Positions 28,455 to 43,146 of a DNA stretch of 64,000 nucleotides are shown in pieces; within the stretch, counting starts at the first letter, position 1; each line of letters opens with the position of its first letter. The position numbers and the translations under genes are program-made. Source of the DNA: the human T2T-CHM13v2.0 reference genome, Homo sapiens; NCBI RefSeq assembly GCF_009914755.1, contig NC_060927.1; one strand, 5' to 3'. Below the pieces are notes generated by a model. It worked only from the letters and a program-made list of their open reading frames with translations, made no database searches and was not told the DNA's origin.

Positions 28455-29560
28455 CATTCATTCAGCAAATTTTATTGAGCGTCTCATTACTTAGCACTAA
28501 TCTACGTTCTGGGAGTGTATCAGTGAACTCCACCTGATGAAAGAAAAAATAAATAAACAATAACATAAGCAGGGTAATTTCACAAGACAGCAGTTGACAT
28601 GAGAAACAACAGCCAAAGGAACTATTGTAGATAGGCTGATGAGAGAAGTCTGTGTGTGGAGGTCAGATGTGAGCTAAGGTCTGAATGATGGGAAGAAACT
28701 AACCATGTGAGGATCTGGGGAGAGAGTAAAACAGGCCTAGAGAGTATAAAACAAAAGACCTCTAGGAGAGATTGATTGGGTCTCGAGTGTTTCTGAGAAT
28801 ATGGAAGCAAATGTTGTTGGAGTATGATGATGCAGGATCATAGCATATGTATTATAGGTCATAGTAAGAAGTATGAATTGAGTCTAATCACAACAGAAAG
28901 ACTTTTTGAACAGGGGAAAGGTTTTTAAGAAGGCAGTAACAATCTGATGTATTATTTAGATCAGTTTGGTTGTTAAATGGAAAACAGAATGGGGTAGGGG
29001 ATGAAGTGCATAGTTAACAGAAAGACCAATTGAAAGACTTTTCCAACACTTAGGAAAGGAGATAGTTATATCTTGGACCACGGTAGTAGCAATAGCGATG
29101 GAAAGAAATGACTAGATTTCTATTTTTTTTCTTTGGTACTTCTTAATGGTTTAAAGGTGGAGGATGAAATTAGATAAATCAAAGAGGACCTTTAGATATT
29201 TAATCTCAATAACTGGAAGGATAGTGGTATCATTTGCTGAGATGGGGAAGATAGGAGAAGAAACAGATTTGAAAAAAATCAAAAATTCTTCTGTTTTTAA
29301 TAGGTCAAATATAAAATCATATTAGTCATCCTAGTAGAATATCAAGTATCATAGTATTTAAATCTGGAGCTCAAAGGAAAGGTCAGGAATGAACACATAA
29401 GTTTGAGAGTTACTGCATATAGATGGCATTTTTAAATCCATAATTTCAGTCTCTGGAGGAGATCACCTAGGGAAGAGAAAAGTGCTCAGCTCTAATTCTG
29501 GGGCTCACAAACACTTAAAAGATGAGTAGAAAGAATGCAAAGAAAGCCAAATAAGTGAAG
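28455..29560 (-). mobile_element. L2 fragment
   Basis: cattcattcagcaaattttattgagc tail followed by purine-rich L2 body. Confidence 0.6.
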
Positions 29561-30024
29561 CAGGTTGAGTGGAGACTATGTTGCCTAGAAAGTGCATCTC
29601 CATCCAAAGGCTCTGCTGCCGCTCAGCTCCACCTGTGTGTTGCTAGGCAGTGCCATAAGGAGTTGTATTGAAGCCTGAGGCAAAAGGGAAAATGTGTATT
29701 TCTATATACACTTACCAAAATATCTTCCCATATTTTGAACTAAGTGGAAGAAGTTAATTAAAGTTTTACAATAAAAAGTGACTATATCTAAAGCTCTGTT
29801 ATCCAATCTGTTTGTATATCATCTTCAATGCTCAGAAACCTGCCCAGTGGCAGGGCTTGATGGGCAAGTGACCTCAGTGTACAGGGCTGATTAGAAATGA
29901 CTTCCCATGGCACAGTAATGGAGGGTTGTAAAACACATGAACAACAGCCTCACTTCATTTAAAATTGTTTTTTATCACAGATTTTTTGCATTAATATTGA
30001 TTACGTAAAGATTGCATTAAAATA

Positions 30025-30192
30025 TTATTATTATTATTAGAGACAGGATCTTGCCTTGCCACCCAGGCTGGAGTGCAGTGGCATGATCATCACTCACGTA
30101 GCCTTGAACTACTCGGCTCAAGCAATCCTCCCACCTCAGCGTCCAGAGTAACTGGGACTACAGGTGCACACAATTATGCTTGGCTAATTTTT
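30025..30192 (-). mobile_element. Alu monomer (FLAM/AluJ fragment)
   Basis: gagacagg...ggctaattttt single arm. Confidence 0.75.
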
Positions 30193-30668
30193 TAACATAA
30201 AGTATTATCTTGATTACTGAGTTATCTCACACCCCTTGACATTTTGCACCCACAGAATATTTGGTTTGCTTCATCATAATCCTGATCCTGGACTCAGGGC
30301 AGAATTTTCCCCATTTTTAAAGAGAAACTGACAATCCAGATTTTGGTGTGAAATCTCACATTTTAAATATGTTGGCTAGTTAGTTAAAAAGTTAAAAAAT
30401 GCAATGTTGGCCAAAGCATTAGGAGTTCCACCATAAAGCATTCTAGTATGAAAATCCCATTGAACCGGCCATCCAGTCGTAGTTTTAACCTAACCACATG
30501 GCACTTAAACTTTTCTGGGCCTCATTTTTTGTATTATTAAAAGTAAACGTCTATGACCCAGTGTAAGGCATGGTAATTATAATTTAACAGAATACTAAAT
30601 TGACTAAATCCTGTGGATCTGAAGTATGAATGTTAGATTTAACCATTTGAAATTACTGATAATAAGCC

Positions 30669-30947
30669 TTTTTTTCAGACAGGGTCTTACTGGAGTTTAG
30701 TGGCACAATTATGGCTCACTGCAACCTCTGCCTCCCAGGGCCTCAAGCAATCCTCCCACTGTCAGCCTCTCAAGTAGCTGGGGACCAGAGGCGTGTGCCA
30801 CCATGCCTGGCTAATTGTTGTATTTTCTTTTAGAGACAGGGTTTTGCTGTGTTGCCCAAGCTGATCTCAAAACCTGGGCTCAGGCAGTCTACACTCCTCA
30901 GCCTCCCAAAGTACTGGGATTACAGGCGTGAGCCACCACACCCAGCC
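30669..30947 (-). mobile_element. AluJ
   Basis: Diverged full Alu. Confidence 0.85.
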
Positions 30948-31504
30948 TAATCAGCTATTTTGGATCTACCAAAACATGAAATTCATTTGGTTCAAGCTGA
31001 TAGTTTTGTTTCAGCCTGTTGAGGCTGACAGTATGATGAACCAAGCAACGCTCTGCTGAGCCTGAGGTGAGGGAAAACTGTATTCCCCTATGTTTACAGC
31101 AAGATCAGGAGTTTGGCCAGAAACCTCGGGCCAGAAATCTCTAGCCAGACGACAAGGGCCAGTGATAGGGACAGGATCATAACTTGCCTTTTTTTCTGCT
31201 GTAGCTGCAGCTAATTTGATCTGAGCTCCTGTTCCCAGAGGCTCTCACTTAGGTGCTTTCTCTCTATACAGGCCTTCAAGTTGTCTATATCTGAGTCCAT
31301 TTGGGTTTCTGACTTGGATCTGAGTGATTTATGTATATGAAGATCTTAAGCCTTCATTGTCTTTAAAACAACACTGTTTTGAAATAAACAGCTGAAATAA
31401 AGTCTCTATCAATGCTTGTGCATTTATTTTTATCCAGGAAAGGTAACTGAGGTTGGCATTAACCAAGCATAAAATGTAACTGTTTACCAGCCTCTTCCAA
31501 TCTG

Positions 31505-31541
31505 AGCGCGCGCACACACACACACACACACACACAGACAC
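31505..31541. repeat. (GC)n(CA)n microsatellite
   Basis: gcgcgcgcacacacac...; alternating purine-pyrimidine tract. Confidence 0.9.
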
Positions 31542-31753
31542 ACCACGTGTAGAGTTCTTAAAATGATTATCTCGTTAGTTTAAGGTGAGCCTTATATTAA
31601 TATACATAGTAGTTTTCCTACTCCCTTAGTTAATTGAAAGCTACAGCTAATGCTTGCAATTGAGATGTACATGGATTTCAGGCCACATTACTTGTTGCCA
31701 AACTCAATTCTTTAGTTCACAGGGAACACAAACATCTTAAACTATTCATGTCA

Positions 31754-32112
<359 letters not shown>

Positions 32113-32689
32113 ACCCCATAGAATCTCCTTTTATACATTAGGATACTAGAGTTTTTAATTCAATTCAAGAAACATAATAGGTGTTAAATACCTATATGTT
32201 GAATGAATAAGAATATTTTGGATATTTACTGTAGGCTTAATGTTGTGATAACAAAATGTAAAAAGACCTTGTTTTTGCAGAGGAGTATAGGAATACTGGA
32301 GTTTGTATCCATTTCATTAAAAATAGGCTCAAGTTAAAAATGAGGGTACATAAAACAGCCTTATTTTATACCATCTAAAATTCAAGTTTTCTCTCGCTTA
32401 TGGTCATTGTGCAGTCTAATTTTAAAAGTAATAGAGTGGTTTTAAGAGAGCATTAAAAAAGGATATTAAGATTTTATAGTTTAGAGAATAAACTGTTTCT
32501 CAGATTAAATAAATGTTATGTATAGCCTTAATTTATGCTTAAATTTTTTTTCTTATGTGAGGGTGTACAACAATAATATATGGTAGGGAAAGGAGAAACA
32601 AAGCCTTCCTCTTCCCCCTGGAGGATATTAGATAGAGAGAAACATGACTAGAGCTTAACAAGTAAAAAGCCTGTGTTGAACTGAGGGGA

Positions 32690-33820
32690 TGTAGTGGACA
32701 GAGTAGCTAGCCTCCAAGTTGTCTTTCAGTGGTCATCACCTCCAGTATTCATGTGCTCATGTAGTCTTTTCTCACATCACACAATGGTCAGTCTATGTGA
32801 CCAATAGAATATGGTAGATACAATGATACGTTACTCCTAAGATTAGGTTTTAAGACTTGGCCGTCTTAGTCTCTCTCTCTCTCTCTCTGTCTCCCCGCCG
32901 CCTCCCTCCATGGGATGGATCACTCTGGAAAATACCAAGTTTGTGTCATGGGGACCCTCAAGAAGCCCCATGGAGATGTCTACCTGGTGAATAACTAAGG
33001 CTTCCAGTCATCAGCCAGCAAGGGACTGAGGACTCCAATCAGTAGCCATGAGCATGAGGTTGAAAGTGGTTCCTCTAGCTCCAGTCTTCCCATTCCTGGA
33101 TTCCTAACCCTCCAACAATGAGATAATAAGTGTTTGTTGTTTTAAGGCACAAAGTTTTCATCTGATTTGTTACGCAGTACTAGATAACTAATAGATAATT
33201 CCTACCTCCCCACGGTAGACCCATAAAACTCAAATTCCAACATCCTGTACATCTACAACATAGGCATGCATTCTAAACTCCACCACGTAGATTCTCCCAT
33301 GCTAGATTTCAATTCAGCAATAGGCAATTTAAATAATGAGGTTCTCTATAGAATCCTTTTAGCTGGTGATGTAGTGGGTAAGAATTTGGCTTTGAAGGAT
33401 GCTGGTGGTTGCAATGTCCAGTTACTGGGACTGAGTGACATTAGTATTGCATAAACAGCAGTGGTAGTTTTTCACCCTGTCGGTTCTGCAGGATGGTTTC
33501 AGTCCTTTATCCTGGAATTCAGTTTTAAATGGAATCCTCCTAGTCCTAGTCACTACTCCTCCTACCAATTCTGCAAGCTTTCCAATATCCTTTTCGGTTT
33601 CTGTTACTTGCAGCTAGAAGCCCTAACTGCTACAGAGAACTGCCAGTGAAAAGGAGATGCCCTTTCTGTAGATAGAATACAGGTACTTTTGCATGGAACT
33701 GAGGGGAGTATACCTAAGGAGTAAATCAGAATAAAGAGTTTTGAAATAATTGGGGCACAAAAGATTTTGCCATAGGGCTTTCACAGGAAAAGAGATCACC
33801 TCTGTAGGGACCTGATGTGG
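32690..33820 (+). mobile_element. MLT1 (F/G-like) LTR plus MLT-int relic
   Basis: LTR ends ...ttgttacgcagtactagataactaata (~33192); later text is MaLR-internal-like; boundaries approximate. Confidence 0.5.
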
Positions 33821-36812
33821 CAATAAAGTCCATCAACCCTGTTGTCTGTGGAAATATTTAGTGGATGGGAAAGCTAATTTTTATTCACTGCGCTAGCATT
33901 ATTACATGGAAGTATTTTATAATGATCCTGAGTCATCAGGATCTTTTAAATTATGTTCATTGATTTGCTATGATAGTGAAGTTTTGCAACACCTTAGACA
34001 GATTTAGAGAGATTTTAGTGAGAAATGGTTTAAGATAAAAAGTCTCCATCAAGTGATTACAACAGAAGTTTATTTGTAAAACTCACTTGTATGGTATAAC
34101 TCATTGCTCAACATTGCCAGATAAATCTGCTGTTGCTGCAGGTGCCAGATAACTGATTCATTTATTTCAGTTTAAATTTTTCAGTAGCAAATTTTTGCTG
34201 GTAGCTATATGTAAACTTTCATGGATGATCAGCTTATTTAATAGAGAAGAAACTCTGATTCCTGACTTCATTTACTTCCTTTACATGTAAAGATACAATC
34301 AATCAAAAAACACATTCGACAAAATATTTGTAACAGCAACTATAATTGATTTAACTATTAATTTCTGTATTATATCTTCCTGGTTTTTCTATAGGTATAG
34401 CTTCAAAATGTTTATGTTTTAAAGCATCCATTACAAATGTTAATGTTCAAAGCAAGTCTTTAGAAATGTCAAAATTTGAGTATCTCTTTGTTAATAAATA
34501 TTCAGCATTAACAGGACATCTAGATCTGGCTGACTGTCAGGAATGTTGTACGAAAATTAAATCATTGGTGGACTGAATAAGTGAATTTTAGGATCCCTTC
34601 CAATTTTGAAATATTGTGAGCATCTGTGATGTGTACTGTTAGAGTTACCAAATTAGAACTCATAGTTTAACAAATACTTTTTTTCTTGTGGTGAATTTAA
34701 TTCCATCTCTAATGTTTAGAACTGGATAAAATTTAAAGAATATGCTTATTCTTTAGAGTAAATTACCTTTATTAAAAGAATAAAGTTAAATGAATTGAGA
34801 CTCCAGGAAAATTATCTAGTCCATTACAAATTCTTAGTTAAATGTCAAACGTTGTATTTTTAAAACAAAAACAACTTTTTAAACCAATAGTTGTTTAAAT
34901 TTTTTGGCTTAATTTAAATGATTATTTTATATATATATATACTAAAAATATATAAATAAGTGTTTTATTTCCAAAACACATCTCAAATCTATTCATTTTG
35001 CTCTATTTCTCTTGGAATATCTGCTAAATCAAATAACCTGGGCTACTGCCGTTGCCTTCTACCACTCTCCCTGCTTCCTCTTTTGCCTTCCTCCAAGCCT
35101 TCTGTACACGGCAGCCAGAATGAATATGTGTCAATCATATATCATTTTTTTCCCCTTAAAATCCTTCTGGGGCTTCTCTCTGCCCTTAGCATATAAATCC
35201 TAGTTTCACAAATATGGCCAGCAAAGCCCTCTAGGCTCTCTCAGGTACCTGCATCTTCAACTTTATCTCTACCTCTAGTCTCTTTTTCCCCTCTCTGCAT
35301 TTTTTTTTTGATATAGTAATATTGACTTATCATAATGTTTTCAAGGTTTATCATCTTGTAGCATGTTTTAGCACTTCATTCCTTTTTATTGCTGAATAAT
35401 AGTCCATTGTGTGGATCTACTGCATTATGTAACTTATCTCCAGTTGATGGATATTTGAGTTCTTTCCCCCGCTTTTTGGCTATTAAGAATAATGCTTCTA
35501 TAGGCATGTTTTTCTGTGAACATATATTTTCATTTATCTTGGGTGTATACCTAGGAGTAGAATTGCTGGGTCATATGGTAACTCTACGTTTAATCTTTAC
35601 AGGAACTGCCAAACTGTTTTCCAAAGCATCTGTACCATTTTATATTCCCGCCAGCCATTGTAAAAGTTCCAGTTTCTCCACATTCTTGCCAGTACTTGTC
35701 ACTTACCCATCTTTCTTATTATAGCCATCCTAGTGTGTGTAAAGTGTTCTCTCATTGTAGATTGGATTTGCATTTCTCTGGTGGCTAATGTTGTTGAACA
35801 TCTTTCCATGTGCTTATATTGGCCATATATCTTCTTAGGATAAATATTGATTCCAATCCTTTGGCAATTTTTAAAATTGGGTTATTTGTCTTTCTATTAT
35901 TGAGTTGTAAGTTCTTTACATATTCTTGGGTGGAAACAGTAGACACTGGGGACTTTGGGACTCAAAAGTTGGAAAAACTACATATTGAGTACTATGTTCA
36001 CTATCTGAGTGATGGGTTCACTAGAAGCCCAAGCCCTAACATTATACAATACATCTATGTAACACACCTGCATATGTACCCCCTGAATCTATCTATATAT
36101 ATATTTTAAAAATTCTTGATACAAGTCAAGAGTTCTTGATACAAATCCCTTGATACAAATCTCCTATCCTTGATACAAGTCCCTTATCAGATAAATTATT
36201 TTCAAATTTTTCCCCATTCTGTGAATTGTCTTTTCCTTTTTTTGATGATATCTTTTGAGGAACAAAGGTTCATAATTTTGATGAAGACAAATTTATCCAT
36301 TTTTTCTTTTTATGCTTTTGGTGTCATAGCCAAAAAACCATGTCCTGACCCAAAATTACAAAGATTTAAACTTCTCTTTTCTTCTGTGTTTTAGTTTTAG
36401 CTTTTACATTTAGGTCTTTAAGACATTTTGAATTAGTTTTTATAGATGGTATGAGGAAGAGGTAGAACTTCATTCTTTTGCATGTGGATTGTCTCAGCAC
36501 CATTTGTTGAAAAGATGATTTATTCTTTCCTCATTCAATGGTCTTGGCACCCTTGTGAAAAATCAATTGATTATAGACACACGGGTTTATTTCTGGACTC
36601 TCAAATCTATTCCAGTAATCTATAAATCCATACTTATGTCTGTCAGTACTGCACTATCTTGATTATTATGACTTTGTAGTAAGTTTTGAAATCAGGAAGT
36701 ATGAGTCCTCCTGCTTTGTTCCCCTTTTTCAAGATTGTTTTTGGCTATTCTGGTTTTCTTGAATTTTTGTGTGAATTGTAAGATCAGCTTGTCAATTTCT
36801 TTTTAAAAATGG

Positions 36813-36849
<37 letters not shown>

Positions 36850-36867
<18 letters not shown>

Positions 36868-37149
36868 TTGAGACGGAGTCTCATTCTGTCACCCAGACTG
36901 GAATGCAGAGCGCGGTCTTGGCTCACTGCAACCTCCACCTCCTGGGTTCAAGCGATTCTCCTGCCTCAGCCTCATGAGTAGCTGGCATTATGAGCATGTG
37001 CCACCACATCCAGCTGATTTTTGTATTTTTAGTAAAGACGGGGTTTCAACTTGTTGGTCAGGCTGGTCTCGCTCTCCTGACCTCATGATCCGCCCACCTC
37101 AGCCTTCCAAAGTGCTAGGATTACAGGCGTGAGCCACTGCACCCAGCCC
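36850..37149 (-). mobile_element. AluS with (TA)n beside its tail
   Basis: Full Alu; (AT)n at 36817-36850. Confidence 0.88.
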
Positions 37150-37328
37150 AAGATTTTAATAACAATTGTATTGAATTTGGCAGTCAATCTGGGGAGTATT
37201 GTCATCTTAATATTAGTCTTCCAACATGGAATGTCTTCCATTTATTTAGGTCTTCATTAATTTTAATGATGTTTTGTTGTTTTCAATGTACAAGTTTTGC
37301 ATTTCTTTGTTAAATTTACTCCACAATA

Positions 37329-37622
37329 TTTTCTTTTCTTTTGGGACAGAATCTCATTCTGTCACCCAGGTTGGAGTGCAGTGGCATGATTTCGGCTCAC
37401 TGCAACCTCCAATGAGGGTTCAAGCAGTTCTCCTGCCCAGCTTCTCGAGTAGCTGAGATTACAGGCACACGTCACAATGCCCAGCTATTTTTTGTATTTT
37501 TAGTAGAGACAAGGTTTCACCATGTTGGCCAGGCTGGTCTCGAACTCCTGACCTCAAGTGATCCACCCATCTTAGCCTTCCAAAGTGCTGGGGATTACAG
37601 GCATGAGCCACTGCACCCAGCC
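37329..37622 (-). mobile_element. AluSx-like
   Basis: Full Alu. Confidence 0.88.
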
Positions 37623-39551
37623 TAATTTTTTGATGCTATGATAAATTAATGTTTTCTTCATTTTCAGATTTTTTGTTGCAAGTGTATAGAATACAACTGA
37701 TTTTTGTATATTGATCTTACTATCCTGTACTCATTTATTACCTCTAATAGTTTTTTTTGTGGTTCCTTAGGATTTTCTATGTGTAAGATCATGTCATCTG
37801 CAAATAGAGATAGTTTTAAATTGTCTTTTTCAGTCTTGATGGCTTTTTTTTTGTTTTTCTGGCCTATGAATGAAAGTGGTGAGAGTGGACATCCTTGTCT
37901 TGCTCCTGATCTTAGTTATGGGTTTTTACCCCTAGTTTCTTATACGCCAATCACAGTTTCCAGAACTTGCCACACTTTCCCACCTGGGGCCTTTGCAAGT
38001 GTGGTTCTTCTCATATTTAGTTTCTTCTCATCCTTCAAATTTCAGGAAAGCCTTTTCTGACTACCCCAGCTAAAATGTATTGCATTCTCTATGCATTATT
38101 CTCTGGAAGGGCATTGTAGATCCTTCAAATAATTTATCTCAATCTGGAGTTATTTTCTGTATTTTTCTGTTTGTTTATTTTCTGTGTCTTCGTGTATGTT
38201 CTGTGAAGACAGAGGAACCATTTCCATTGTGGTTGCTGTTGTATCTCCAGTGCCCAGAACAATAAACACTCCATACATTCTGTTAAATGAATGAGTAAAT
38301 AAATAAGCACTCATATATCAATGTGTCTTTGAGGTCAGGTGACAGATTTTAAAAATCAAACCTGCCTCAACCTACCTACCATCTCCCATCTAGAGCAACC
38401 ACTTCAGAAACCATCCATTTGTTTCATGATGCTACAATTTTGCAAAATATCTCTAGAATGCTTCTTTTGGAATTGGCTTTACAGCCTGTGTCATTTTCTT
38501 CTTTGCATCCTATCAATTCTTAAGAAAAATATGAGTTGTGTAAAATGAAATCCGAATCTACACTATGATAAATGTAAATATCTGGTATATGACACAGCAG
38601 TGTATTTGGCAGTGATTATTTATATTCCCCGACTCTACACAGCCATCCTTAGTGTGCTTATTAAGAGAGAAATCATGTTTCTTTCTAGCTAACATGTTAG
38701 GAAAGCTCCATATATGCTTCTAGAATAAACACATTTAGGTATGTGAAAAAAGAAAGCCTGCATTTTTCTCGGCTCTAGTCTGAGATTCCTGTCAGATTGC
38801 TTTGTCAGTCAGCATGTAAATAGGCAAGAAGCAATCCAAGACTGACTTTTGAAACCTCTGACCCTATCTTGGGCCCTGACAAGTTCTGGGACTCTGGCAG
38901 GTCCAAGCTTTAGCTTCTCTCCTGTGCAATCACCTACTTCACTAGATTTCTAAGAAATAGATAAGATAATTTCAAGTATTCATTTAGTGGTAGGTGTGTG
39001 GCATAGTAGGCTGTCAAAAATGGTAGCTGCTGTTATTATGATGATCACCTATTAGCCCAATTCCCACCCATCTTACAGCTAAGAAAACTGGGAGACAACT
39101 ATTAAAAAGCTGAACTCAAAATGTCCTGGCTCACAGTTCACTTCTTTCCATTCCAACACGCAGAACAAGCCTCAGCTTGCAGAATCTAACATCTGGGAGG
39201 AGCAAGCTCATTTTATGGCTATAAGCTAGCCAGAAAAGAATATGGCATGTATACTTACTTAATGAAAAGTAAACAGAAAGACCTTTTTAGTCCTTTGGCT
39301 GCAAATCAGAATCTTTTTGTGCAAATTGAATTCATTTTGTTATTGCTTCAGGATAAAATAGATTCCATTACCATTCTCCATCACTATTTCTCCATTTTTC
39401 TTGCTCTCAGTGTATCCCATCTCTTAGAATTAGAATGGGAACTTTGGTTGATCACAGTAGCCATTGGGAAGTTATAGGGTAAACAAAGAAAAATAACCTT
39501 TACTGATAAAAAAGAAGGAGTAAAAAATAATCTTTGGGATACCAGTAACAC

Positions 39552-39787
39552 TTTTTTTTCAGTCGGAGTCTCCCCACTCTGTTGCCCAGGCTGGAGTACA
39601 GTGGTGCGATCTTGGCTCGCTGCAGCCTCCGAGGCAGATGCATCACTTGAGGTCAGGAGTTCAAGACCAGCCTGGCCAACGTGATGAAACCCTGTCTCTA
39701 TTAAAAATACAAAAATTAGCCAGGCTTGGTGGCATGCTTGTAATCCCAGCTACTCAGGAGGCTGAGGCGGGAGAATTGCTTGAACCC
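39552..39787. mobile_element. Rearranged Alu: minus-strand 3' part (39552-39630) fused to plus-strand 5'/middle part (39631-39787)
   Basis: ...ctgcagcctcc|gaggcagatgcatcac...gcttgaaccc; the two parts cover complementary Alu segments and are flanked by a degenerate direct repeat. Confidence 0.88.
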
Positions 39788-41429
39788 AATAACATTTTAA
39801 TTTGAAAAATTTCCATAAAATTAGACTAGAGAGCTTTTGTGATCATATATAAATTGTAGGTGTATGACCCTTTTTGAGATTTGTATTTCACCTAGCAGTC
39901 AGGAAAAATCAGGTTGAGTAAAAAAAGTAGGTTGAAAAAATAATTAAAGGGAAATCTGAATTTTTAACATTCAAATATATTCTATTAGGTTTTTTTAAAA
40001 CAACTATTGACTATATCTTTTACTAATAAAATGCAGCCTGAGGGAGGTGACTCCACAATACAAAAATAGCAAGAAATTCATGATTTTTGCTCCTTTCTTA
40101 ATAATTTTTCTGTATTTTTATAGGATGGCCAAAGCTGTACCACTTAATGCTTTCAACGCAGATGATATAATGGGGGTAAAAATCCAGCCGGGTCCCTCTC
40201 CATCTCCCCAAGTCTTACGGAGAATGAACCACCTTTTATCTTTATACAAAGACTCCATCTTTTCACCAAGTCACATGCCCTGGGGGCTGCATCTATTCTT
40301 AAGGGACACCTTTCTAACTTGTCCAAAAATCCTGTATAGGCTAGGATGGTATAGGTGTTATAGCCTTACTAAATAATAACATCATAACACAGCCTGAAAT
40401 GAGCTTACAGAACAAATCTGTTTTCCAACAATAAGTAAACACTCCAACTCTTACACATAAAAGTTTGTAATAGAAAATTTACCCTGTGTGAAAACTTCCA
40501 AAGTTCAATTACTAGTTAATTCATTTCCTTTATTCATGCGTGCATCTATTCATTCAATACACATAATAAATAGTTCCACTGCTGATCTAAGATATAAAGA
40601 ATTTCAGAGGGCGTTCCATAAACAGTGAGTAAAAGTTAACCCATTGCTATTATATGCTATCACTGTGTGATTACATGCATATTATCATGATTACCCATTA
40701 ATTTATAACACTGCACTTTTAGATGGATTGTTGAAAACTTGCTTAGTGTTTTCGGAATAGCTGCTAAGAAAAAGCTAGCCTTTGATTAGCACCTAGCTCC
40801 ACTGTTTTCTATTTACCCTTTGAAGAAAACCTGTTCTGAATGTTTGCCTTTGTAGCAATTGTTAGGTTGGAAGGGGGTCCTTTTGGGTAGTTGCTCCACC
40901 TCAATAGGTCTCTATACCCAGCTCAGGCCACAGTAGCAGGCAGGTTCATTTTAATATAAATAACATTAATGAATGTCCTGTGTTGTAATATTATTCTTGA
41001 ATCTTTACTTCTCTAGGAGTTCTCTTTTTATTTCTCTTTATACCCACAACAAATGCATTTCATAGCTTTTCAATGAGCAATCAAATACTTTGCAGACCAG
41101 AGCTCTGACTTCCATGGGTTCTCTTTTGGGAATCTGAGAGGTTAGTATTTTATGTATTAATTATGTCAGTTCATCTTTTACATAACATTCATTAATCTCT
41201 CTGGTGAAAACATCCCAAACAAATCAAGCTTCCTTCTTTTCCTTTTACTTACAGGTGTTTTGGGGAGCAGTGCTAAGAAAGACTCCCCACCCTTAGTGAG
41301 AAGAGAATAATACTGACAGGGGCTTGTCATCTTGAGTGTAAGTGTTTACAAATTAATCAGGTTCACTAACTCATAGTGCCTAACAGGGTTACCAATGGAA
41401 GTTGTTACAGTACCATTGAAATATTTTTC

Positions 41430-41901
41430 TTTTACTGCCTATTTTCCCTTCTCCTGGTAATTATATACCCATTTATCTTTTAGCCCATTAAGTAGTATTA
41501 GTTCAATGCCCCACTCAAGAGTTGAACATTTACCTGGGTTTCAGCCAATTAGCATATCATATTTCCTGGTCACAGTGATTTGTTCAGAGAAAGCCTTGCC
41601 ACCAGATTGGAACCAATGAGACAGAATGAACCTTTGGCTGGCTGGGAATGCTGGGGCGAGAGCTCCCAGTCTTTTCTATTGAATATGGATGAGGAGGAGC
41701 CATCTTAGGAACACTGTGAGAGCCTGTCTGACAATGGTGTGTATGCAGAGATGGGGAGAGAGAAGTTGGATTTGGGTGGCTTTGTCTGAGTCCTTGGGTC
41801 CAGCGATGCCTATAGTCAGATTTGCCCCACTGGATTTTTTCGCTATATAAGCAATTCTCATTTTGCATCATCTAGTTAGGGTTGGAACAAACGACTGATA
41901 C
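41430..41901 (+). mobile_element. Old MLT1 (J/K-like) LTR
   Basis: attggaaccaatgagac, gccatctt, ...actgataca end. Confidence 0.5.
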
Positions 41902-42779
41902 AGCATAGAGGGTGTGAAGAAGTATATGGGTAAGGGTTGAAGATGTGTTTGCTGAGATTGAGGCATCACTGACACAGTTTGGAATCCCTCCTGGTTCACC
42001 TGCAGCCCAGGATCCCACCTCTTTGCGAAGACTTTGAAAGTTTCAGAAGTGAATTCTCATTCTAGTTTAGTCCCAAGCTTGGCCAACCCTGTCCCACTTG
42101 TAGCTACAAGAAATGTAGATAAAGTCTTAGGATCAGATCACCATTCCTTCATAGTTCATCCTCCAGAATTCAGAGTTTACATGATTGGAATTGTCGTTAG
42201 TGTCTGAAGTGACTTGTAGAAAGAATCTGGAATAAAGCTCTCTCAACTGGGTTGTAAATTAGCGAGTCTTAATCTGGTATTGGGTGAGGTACATAATGAA
42301 CTAGGATGGGGAATATGCTCAGTGTAAAATTCATAGGTTACCGGATACTTTTATTTTCCTACAGTTGGGTCCATCTTCTCCAAATTGGTAGGTTAAAAAA
42401 AGAAATTCAGGAAAGACGAAAATCATTACATATTTCTAAAGGATAAAAATACCAGCAAATGTTTTCGATAATATTTGGACATGTATAAGAAAGACCAAAG
42501 AGTTCCTCTTTAGTTGGATGTACTCATATTATTCAAAACATGGTTATTTGGATATATTTAATATGTGTGAAAATTTGTTGCCCTAATTAATATACATACA
42601 CTTTTCTATATGTATATTTCAATACAAGGATTTTTAAAATCCCAGTTATTACAATGTCAAAACTGAATAAAATTATCTGTGTATATATATTTATTTAAAT
42701 GGAATAATTTCAAAATGTAATTATATGTCTCTTATCCCAATAAATTATATGGCCCAGTATATGTGTTAAATTTGGCTAA

Positions 42780-43146
<367 letters not shown>

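Larger units (their letters stand above)
35320..37915 (-). mobile_element. Old L1M (L1MB-like) interrupted by two Alus and a plus-strand L1 3' fragment
   Basis: acctaggagtagaattgctgggtcatatggtaactc, tttgcatttctctggtggctaatg, gatcatgtcatctgcaaatagaga. Confidence 0.8.

Noticed and set aside
40047-40376. 109-aa ORF / small exon MAKAVPLNAFNADDIMG
   Set aside because: Non-ATG ORF start, weak donor, no recognisable homology.
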